Below, one piece after another: positions 62,101-64,000 of a stretch of DNA of 64,000 nucleotides. Every line of letters starts with the position of its first letter. The first letter of the stretch is position 1. The stretch spans positions 172,732,001 to 172,796,000 of the forward strand of contig OZ038378.1 in assembly GCA_964036045.1 (NCBI GenBank), given 5' to 3'. The notes beneath the pieces are model-generated. The model was not told the origin of the DNA and made no database searches. It saw nothing but the letters and a program-made list of their open reading frames with translations. A program made the translations under genes and the position numbers. This DNA is from Eutreptiella sp. 'Long Island Sound 2002' (taxonomy: Eukaryota; Protista; Euglenida).

Positions 62101-64000
62101 CTCCAACAAATGGGGGCAACGGACCTCTGGGCCCTCCCTCCACAAGGTCACTCGTGTGCACAGGACGTCGTGACCACTTCGCTCTTACCCATTTGCTCTC
62201 TCCTGTCGCTCCATGTGGTCGACTCTTTGCTAGTGGTGCTCAATATTTTTCACCTGGGCCCATCTGGGGGCTCCAGTCTGTCTCGGCTGCCAGCGGATCT
62301 GGCTGCCCTGTCCTGAGCCGTCCAGTCCCACTGAACGTGTCTGATGGTGCACTGCATGCCACTCTTCTGGTGGCGCAATGAAGCCCCCCGCACCCTGCAA
62401 ACTCCCGACCAAGATTACCAAGGACGTCAAGCGGCCACAAATTCAGATCTCAGCTGAAAGCAGTAATTTTACGATCAGCGACCAGTGTTTTGCCTTTGTG
62501 TTTTAGCCGCCCCCCCCCCCCCCCTCTCCCAGATCTCCGGCGGGACTGCGTTTGTTTCCCCGGCACGTTTCAGCAGCCTCCAGGTCCTGTCACCAGCCCC
62601 CACAAGTTCATGTGACCGTCACAGTCAGCAGCATCATCTTCCCAGTCAATGGAATCCAAGTGTCCAATGGCTATTTGAGGACACCATATGACAGTTGGTG
62701 CTATTGTGGTGTGGCCTGTCCCCACGTCTGGCAATCAAAAGCATCAGCAGGAGCACCTCGCTTCTGGGGCATCGGTGCTTCCGGGCCAAAACATGTGCGA
62801 TGGGCGCACCTGCGCAAGGGGCCATGATTGCAGGTGTTTGGTACCCAAAGCATCCCGCTCTTTAGGATCAGTCCCCACCCAGTTTCACCCATTGACACCC
62901 CCGGACTGTAGTGTCTCATGGGAGCCTTGTTCTATGCGCATGAGGTCCGAAGGGCACAGCCACATGTGAAGATCCGTGACCTCGTGCTCTCGTCTGTTGC
63001 AAATGCCGAGCTGACCTCCCTCGGCTGACACACCAGTTTTGTCTCTGTTTCCCGGGTTTCACGGAGAGCAGCCCAAAGGACACCCAATGGGCCGGGGTTG
63101 ATTCTGCTTAACCACCCACCACCATCGGTTCACCGCACCGCCGCCGGCTTACTGCCTTCCGCTCAGCCAGGCCCCAGCCGTTGATAGCCGTCAGTGACCA
63201 GCCGGCGATCGGTGATTGAGTGCTGTCCAGTTCTGAAGCGCAGCACAATCGTTTTCCCCTCCCCAGACGGCTCCCCCCCAGGGGCCCGGAACCCATATTG
63301 GCGCCTTTGGCGCCTTACAAGTGGTGATTTGTGCACAGGTGAACGCCCCGCCCCTAGCCGCCCGTTTTTTTTTCCCGCAAAGTTGGCCTTTGGCCCCCTT
63401 CCCAAATATTGGCTCTTTGCGTCCACAGTGTCTACAATGAGCAAACACTGTCTACTTGGAGCAGTCAGCGTCTACAGACTACAGACCGCCACGCCTGTCT
63501 GCACGGGTAAACGATGTTAGCGGACCGTTTTTTTGGGCAAGGGGGCCCTCAAGCCCCTTCCCAAATATTGGAACTCATTAAGAACCGCCATGCCATCGGC
63601 CATCCCTTGTTCCTCAGTTACGCACAAATTCTCGGGCAGTCCACCTGGAAGCAAGCGGTGCACATGAAGTCGGACACGGATGGGCAGTCCATTTTCTTGA
63701 ACATGGAGCTCAAGATCCTCAAGACCGCCTCCGACGTGCGCCGCATCGAAGTCCGCTACCCCTTGACCTTCAGCTCGCGGCTGCCAGTGGACCTCTGCAT
63801 CGAGGGCTACGTTCAGCGCGGCGACAAGCTGTCCCGCATCGGTGTGGCGGTGGTCAAGCCGCACCAGCGGACCGGGGCCTTGTGGTACAACACTGACGGG
63901 CCACAGGGGCCGCTGTACTGCCGCCTGCAGCTGTCGCTGCCGGACGGCACGCACCTGATGGCCGGGCCCACGCGGCTGGACGTCTCGAAGCGGGTCGGGA
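1881..64000 (+). CDS. VPS13: VPS13-family bridge-like lipid transfer protein, multi-exon gene (29 exons in window, 5' and 3' incomplete)
   Basis: 29 AG-exon-GT blocks join in frame with matching phases. Peptide has VPS13 hallmarks: YESRPLDQSADVRL, APTIIVPE...LVADLG, FYDRVNLTL, SVRIVYLTRF, further P-x-x-x-x-P...LG RBG repeats, WEPLLE, and VAB-type LRNQSGRPI / VTVRTDATLQN / YPLTFSSRLPVDL. Confidence 0.93.
2536..2708 (+). CDS. VPS13: VPS13 exon 2
   Basis: gtgcag|GTGATG ... TTGGG|gtatgg; VMVANG...LDLNLQIHAPTIIVPE...LVADLG; phase 0/2. Confidence 0.92.
2735..2965. repeat. Degenerate ~10-bp tandem repeat (GAGGGTTGTG)n
   Basis: Repeated GGGTTGTG/GAGGG units directly after exon 2. Confidence 0.75.
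3187..3715 (+). repeat. Dispersed repeat family E, copy 1
   Basis: Blocks GGCCTATAG...TTCTATATGGAC and TTATTGGCCCCTGAAAGCA...GGGCCTGTTTG recur at 12465-12600 and 13218-13480. Confidence 0.75.
4110..4239 (+). CDS. VPS13: VPS13 exon 3
   Basis: gcacag|ATTTCT ... GTTACG|gtgtgt; FLRGSTE...DDFYDRVNLTLENMKLCLVT; phase 2/0. Confidence 0.88.
5613..6725 (+). mobile_element. Family A element copy A1 (13-bp subterminal inverted repeats, GCAA microsatellite)
   Basis: ACCGAGCTGGTGG at 5613-5625 and its perfect reverse complement at 6694-6706; (GCAA/GCA)n near 5680-5715; nearly collinear with the copy at 35218. Confidence 0.8.
6728..6881. other. Two adjacent long hairpins (34-bp perfect; 29-bp with 1 mismatch)
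   Basis: 6728-6761 / 6764-6797 (loop GG) and 6821-6849 / 6853-6881 (loop GGA). Confidence 0.9.
6751..8226 (+). mobile_element. Family A-like element copy A2 (diverged, longer), tandem to A1
   Basis: Same ACCGAGCTGGT start, ACCAGTCTTGG..TATAACCC block and GCAA microsatellite; ends CACCAGCTCGGTCCCAATATTC (8190-8211) followed by GGTTAGGGT. Confidence 0.75.
8445..8751 (+). CDS. VPS13: VPS13 exon 4
   Basis: ctgcag|GTGCAG ... TTGCAG|gtgtga; SILKPVAFHL...LKVEGSIDSI...AEWLA; phase 0/1. Confidence 0.9.
9975..11240 (-). mobile_element. Probable non-LTR retrotransposon fragment (GC-rich, Pro/Thr-rich ORF remnants)
   Basis: GC-rich island with strong strand skew and long overlapping ORFs inside the 6.7-kb intron; the minus-strand peptide ends ...VPLHFSWYVR, weakly like the start of an APE endonuclease. 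Family call is inference. Confidence 0.35.
12281..13620 (+). repeat. Family E copies 2-3 (partial and tandem/permuted)
   Basis: Same blocks as 3187-3715; in 13150-13620 the block order is rotated and partly duplicated. Confidence 0.65.
13622..14461. repeat. Tandem duplication, ~441-bp period (family C)
   Basis: GTTAG(C/T)GCGCCGGGCATC at 13626 and 14066, then near-identical sequence; GCGCAGTGCAACTATTTGGGCGTCT is shared with 36300-36325. Confidence 0.85.
15431..15906 (+). CDS. VPS13: VPS13 exon 5 (PH-like segment and acidic linker)
   Basis: gcgcag|GTCGCC ... TCGGAG|gtgtgt; RLGIHSDMLLLVPQ...ALWFAVAAPDIDPVITAVRQAI...SVRVDLRAISLSL; phase 1/0. Confidence 0.88.
16548..16727 (+). CDS. VPS13: VPS13 exon 6
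   Basis: ttgcag|GGCTCA ... GCCCAG|gtctga; GSGLRPLETMFEELRLE...THYSSTEAQ; phase 0/0. Confidence 0.88.
18195..18360. repeat. Short dispersed repeat; inverted copy at ~52745-52920
   Basis: AAGTTTGTGTACC...AAATTTCATTTTTTTCC is the reverse complement of GGAAAAAACGAAATTT...GGTACACAAACTT. Confidence 0.6.
18464..18905 (+). CDS. VPS13: VPS13 exon 7
   Basis: ccacag|GCTGAC ... ACATCG|gtgtgt; ADGPVLEL...LRVSGKLGDVVVENHSEHI; phase 0/1. Confidence 0.92.
19098..19355. mobile_element. MITE-like element bounded by a G-run and a C-run
   Basis: GGATTGAGGTC ... GACCGCAATCC inverted ends; internal (GCAATTTT)n repeats. Confidence 0.6.
19576..19895 (+). CDS. VPS13: VPS13 exon 8
   Basis: ctacag|GCGACT ... CTGGAG|gtgacg; ...LELCMSSVRIVYLTRFLNLCRRYL...; phase 1/0. 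Confidence 0.92.
19915..20341. repeat. ~420-bp polypyrimidine tract including (CTCTGC)n
   Basis: Almost purely C/T; fills intron 8. Confidence 0.9.
20342..20511 (+). CDS. VPS13: VPS13 exon 9
   Basis: tcccag|GTGGCC ... TGTGAG|gtgtgc; LQVTFDNPTFVVP...LLQLGTISCTN; phase 0/2. Confidence 0.9.
20570..21030. repeat. (CACAC)n microsatellite blocks
   Basis: At ~20635-20665 and ~20945-20995. Confidence 0.8.
21072..21378 (+). CDS. VPS13: VPS13 exon 10
   Basis: cttcag|GGCTCT ... ATGGAG|gtgtct; SILQSTDLTVEVRRP...VVSQVQYRTLVDIAVSNV; phase 2/0. Confidence 0.9.
21478..21750. repeat. Purine-rich (GCA/GAG)n tract
   Basis: GCAGCAGCA / GGAGGAGGA runs in intron 10. Confidence 0.75.
21848..22144 (+). CDS. VPS13: VPS13 exon 11
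   Basis: tcgcag|GTGAGC ... CTGCAG|gtctgc; VSITLPLLELCL...DLKLVVQPLQ; phase 0/0. Confidence 0.92.
23503..23650 (+). repeat. Dispersed short repeat family F, copy 1
   Basis: GTGGATGCCCGCGGCAGTGCGGATGCCCG...GCCAACCACCAAG..TGTGCCAACCCC also at 56028-56175. Confidence 0.85.
24500..24960 (-). mobile_element. Possible LINE C-terminal zinc-finger remnant
   Basis: Minus-strand CEACQ...TVCGNDEETISSL...CAL...RH resembles the C-x2-C...ET..H...C finger of non-LTR ORF2; has stops. Confidence 0.25.
26389..26712 (+). CDS. VPS13: VPS13 exon 12
   Basis: ccacag|ATTGTC ... TTGGTG|gtatgg (alternative donor 3 nt earlier); IVMDPLYY...CDFSAPHLIIPSN...YVDFGTVAL; phase 0/0. Confidence 0.9.
27240..27418 (+). CDS. 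VPS13: VPS13 exon 13
   Basis: gttcag|GTGGCG ... GGCGAG|gtctcc; VACDLLD...HLLSVCGVQG...ITVNTEVPTIEVHLA; phase 0/2. The frame is open further upstream, so the 5' boundary is less certain. Confidence 0.75.
28631..29527. mobile_element. ~900-bp segment bounded by bipartite inverted repeats
   Basis: ATATCTCTCGGGGAC / GTCCCCGAGAGATAT and ATGCCAGCTTTGTGGGTTTT / AAAACCCACAAAGTTGGCAT. Confidence 0.55.
29906..30215 (+). CDS. VPS13: VPS13 exon 14
   Basis: catcag|GTACGC ... GCACAG|gtatcc; YAIAHFFETVDKF...LPLSDTAQ; phase 2/0. Confidence 0.82.
31812..32432 (+). CDS. VPS13: VPS13 exon 15
   Basis: tcgtag|GAGCTA ... GTGCAG|gtgcga; ELHLVFG...INFQLRISNLGINLMDVVQ; phase 0/0. Confidence 0.9.
34460..34630. repeat. 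Degenerate (GTGGGAATGTG/GGCTGTG)n tandem repeat
   Basis: Repeated units upstream of exon 16. Confidence 0.65.
34733..35017 (+). CDS. VPS13: VPS13 exon 16
   Basis: ccttag|GACACG ... TTGAAG|gtctgc; ...LSGTLCKASMRDL...VHFRFETNP...YGMHLK; phase 0/0. Confidence 0.9.
35218..37148 (+). mobile_element. Family A element copy A3, interrupted by a nested insertion
   Basis: 35218-36276 aligns by eye to 5613-6644; the remainder (TGTGAATCATT...CCACCAGCTCGGTCCCAATATTCAGTCTTGATTAGGGTTAG) resumes at 37058-37148. Confidence 0.82.
36277..37052. mobile_element. Nested ~776-bp insertion with CAATG target-site duplication
   Basis: Empty site in A1 reads CCATCAATG^TGTGAATC; here CAATG flanks both sides (36272-36276, 37053-37057); ends GGGGA...TCCCC. 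Confidence 0.75.
37895..38200. repeat. 82-bp minisatellite, ~4 copies
   Basis: GCTTGGCT(C/T)GCCGAATGCCC starts at 37904, 37986, 38068 and 38150. Confidence 0.92.
39589..39738 (+). CDS. VPS13: VPS13 exon 17
   Basis: ccgcag|ATGGAC ... AAGAAG|gtatgg; MDFEGTKIVYFNTVFLHFLEYL; phase 0/0. Confidence 0.88.
40373..40516 (+). CDS. VPS13: VPS13 exon 18 (3' boundary uncertain)
   Basis: ctccag|GTCCTC; SIHINLNHPVLLMPSSRTSPDYLHLTLGTVTISQHL. A phase-0 donor is required; gtcacc at 40517 chosen, gtccct at 40607 also possible. Confidence 0.72.
40781..40959. mobile_element. MITE-like element with 19-bp TIR between C-run and G-run
   Basis: GTGCGCCTCGTCTGCGCCA (40797-40815) / TGGCGCAGACGAAGCGCAC (40925-40943), 1 mismatch; the internal CAGTGTCTACA motif recurs near 63425-63480. 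Confidence 0.65.
41987..42226 (+). CDS. VPS13: VPS13 exon 19
   Basis: ctccag|GCCATG ... CTTGAG|gtgtgt; ...VMCKQWDINTAIRISVE...GFEALE; phase 0/0. Confidence 0.85.
43156..43551 (+). CDS. VPS13: VPS13 exon 20 (contains Asn/His/Ser-rich low-complexity insert)
   Basis: ctccag|GTCCAC ... GTATCG|gtatga; VHLNPNLYGLVWATAYQNLLAE...; phase 0/0; 3' end less certain. Confidence 0.78.
43967..46365 (+). repeat. Family B head-to-tail array, 4 units of ~590-610 bp
   Basis: Units start with ACCGAGCTGGGTTTACCC at 43967, 44572, 45164 and 45772; each has a GCA/GCAA microsatellite and ends ACTAGGACCCAGCTCGGTCCTAGT..GAGTCTTGAT. Confidence 0.92.
47230..48350 (+). pseudogene. Frameshifted hAT-like (CGGBP1/BED-type zinc finger) transposase remnant
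   Basis: Across frames: NGKVHCTLCAVWLSLK/SVREKCKASGRH (zinc-finger-like), FAKYLAQY, HFIMIFADGS (candidate first catalytic Asp), VNAVIVSDAIDAVLRDFHVEIDSAVLIF. Motif resemblance only. Confidence 0.4.
48385..48623 (+). CDS. VPS13: VPS13 exon 21
   Basis: ctgtag|GTCGAC ... GTGCAG|gtctgc; ...VDLTCSGLTLHAEVDGTDLCSLVFRDFSLSF; phase 0/2. Confidence 0.85.
49973..50494 (+). CDS. VPS13: VPS13 exon 22
   Basis: ctgcag|ATTCCT ... GAGCGG|gtattg; ...PYLTVQY...IDLQELHVLFHPRLSLDIATFFVPP...; phase 2/2. Confidence 0.9.
50900..51128 (+). CDS. VPS13: VPS13 exon 23
   Basis: tcccag|GGACCT ... CCGCAG|gtgtgt; DLRMEINLGNVALVD...RSMQLVLVPQ; phase 2/0. Confidence 0.92.
52120..52200. repeat. (AACCGCC)n repeat block
   Basis: Repeated CCAACCGCCA units; the related GGCGGTT motif is dispersed elsewhere (e.g. 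50596-50612, 57270-57310). Confidence 0.75.
53015..53278 (+). CDS. VPS13: VPS13 exon 24
   Basis: ttgcag|TTCATC ... TTGGAC|gtatgg; FINKMLDFL...SINQPRLVV...VILDLGTIEFGN; phase 0/0. Confidence 0.92.
53391..53581. mobile_element. MITE-like element with 13-bp perfect TIR
   Basis: GGGGATAATTTCG (53400-53412) / CGAAATTATCCCC (53557-53569), followed by a C-run. Confidence 0.7.
54330..54659 (+). CDS. VPS13: VPS13 exon 25 (donor at 54660 gtatac or 54636 gtaagc)
   Basis: ccgcag|GTGGAC; VDYVQART...YQRRIQKP...SLVLHPQMQLF(VSNRRQNL); both donors are phase 0. Confidence 0.82.
55470..56490. repeat. Inverted pair of short CCCCAGTCTTAC tandem arrays
   Basis: (CTTACCCCCAGT)n at 55473-55540 and (GGGGTAAGAC[C/T])n at 56438-56490. 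Confidence 0.65.
55985..56175 (+). repeat. Dispersed short repeat family F, copy 2
   Basis: Matches 23503-23650; flanked on both sides by TGTGCCAA-(C)n. Confidence 0.85.
56526..57017 (+). CDS. VPS13: VPS13 exon 26 (ends in WEPLLE motif preceding the VAB region)
   Basis: tcccag|GTTCAC ... CTGGAG|gtacgg; ...LQCGVFSPEHQQWEPLLE; phase 0/0. Confidence 0.93.
57510..58620 (+). mobile_element. Probable retroelement remnant with purine-rich tail
   Basis: Protein-like ORF tail (KGCYVPP...AKAFAFLYVD...PKEWKGEEW*) followed by GGAGGGAAAGG..CAAGGGAA repeats, intronic. Class is inference. Confidence 0.3.
58915..59150. repeat. (GGGGAAAAC)n tract
   Basis: Repeated GGAAAACGG/GGGGAAA units. Confidence 0.8.
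59430..59882 (+). CDS. VPS13: VPS13 exon 27 (first VAB/SHR-BD repeat)
   Basis: ccgcag|GGCTGG ... AAGCAG|gtcccg; LLSINASPRIIRTI...HELRNQSGRPISV...IVSVEHKKRRKQ; phase 0/0. Confidence 0.92.
59965..60120. repeat. (ACACCC)n microsatellite
   Basis: Regular 6-bp repeat just downstream of the exon 27 donor. Confidence 0.9.
61055..61230 (+). CDS. VPS13: VPS13 exon 28 (donor 61231 or 61240)
   Basis: cctcag|GTGACC ... CACCAG|gtcttg; VTVRTDATLQNATQLAL...; phase 0/2. Confidence 0.82.
63618..64000 (+). CDS. VPS13: VPS13 exon 29 (runs off window)
   Basis: cctcag|TTACGC; ...SIFLNMELKIL...RIEVRYPLTFSSRLPVDLCIEG...; phase-2 acceptor, frame open to 64000. Confidence 0.88.

Noticed and set aside
62533-62700. 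Candidate phase-2 exon after a polypyrimidine tract
   Set aside because: No phase-2 donor found; exons 28 and 29 join without it.
1-64000. rRNA, tRNA, spliced-leader RNA and prokaryotic operon or defence-system features
   Set aside because: No recognisable sequence signatures were seen by eye; a covariance-model search (Infernal/tRNAscan) was not run.

Overview
Eukaryotic genomic DNA with no prokaryotic features. The whole window lies inside one very large plus-strand gene encoding a VPS13-family bridge-like lipid-transfer protein. I assembled 29 GT-AG exons by hand (1881 to >64000; about 8.8 kb coding, about 2,900 aa, about 14% of the window) whose reading-frame phases match across every junction. 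A few donor positions remain ambiguous. The gene start lies upstream and its end downstream of the window. The peptide shows repeated VPS13 RBG motifs (P-x-I-I-x-P...D-L-G), a PH-like insert, the WEPLLE junction and the first VAB (SHR-BD) repeats. Splice donors follow an unusual GTNTG consensus. The introns (0.4-6.7 kb) are packed with repeats. Two related element families share ACCGAGCTGG subterminal inverted repeats and a (GCAA/GCA)n microsatellite: one is embedded in TTAGGG-like repeats and carries a double-hairpin inversion, the other forms a 4-copy head-to-tail array with a 3' hairpin. Also present are a nested insertion with a 5-bp target-site duplication, several small TIR elements bounded by G/C homopolymers, a frameshifted hAT-like transposase remnant, probable non-LTR retrotransposon fragments, an 82-bp minisatellite and many microsatellites. 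The organism cannot be determined from the sequence; a protist (possibly a euglenid) is my low-confidence guess. Most ORFs in the six-frame track are repeat or antisense noise.
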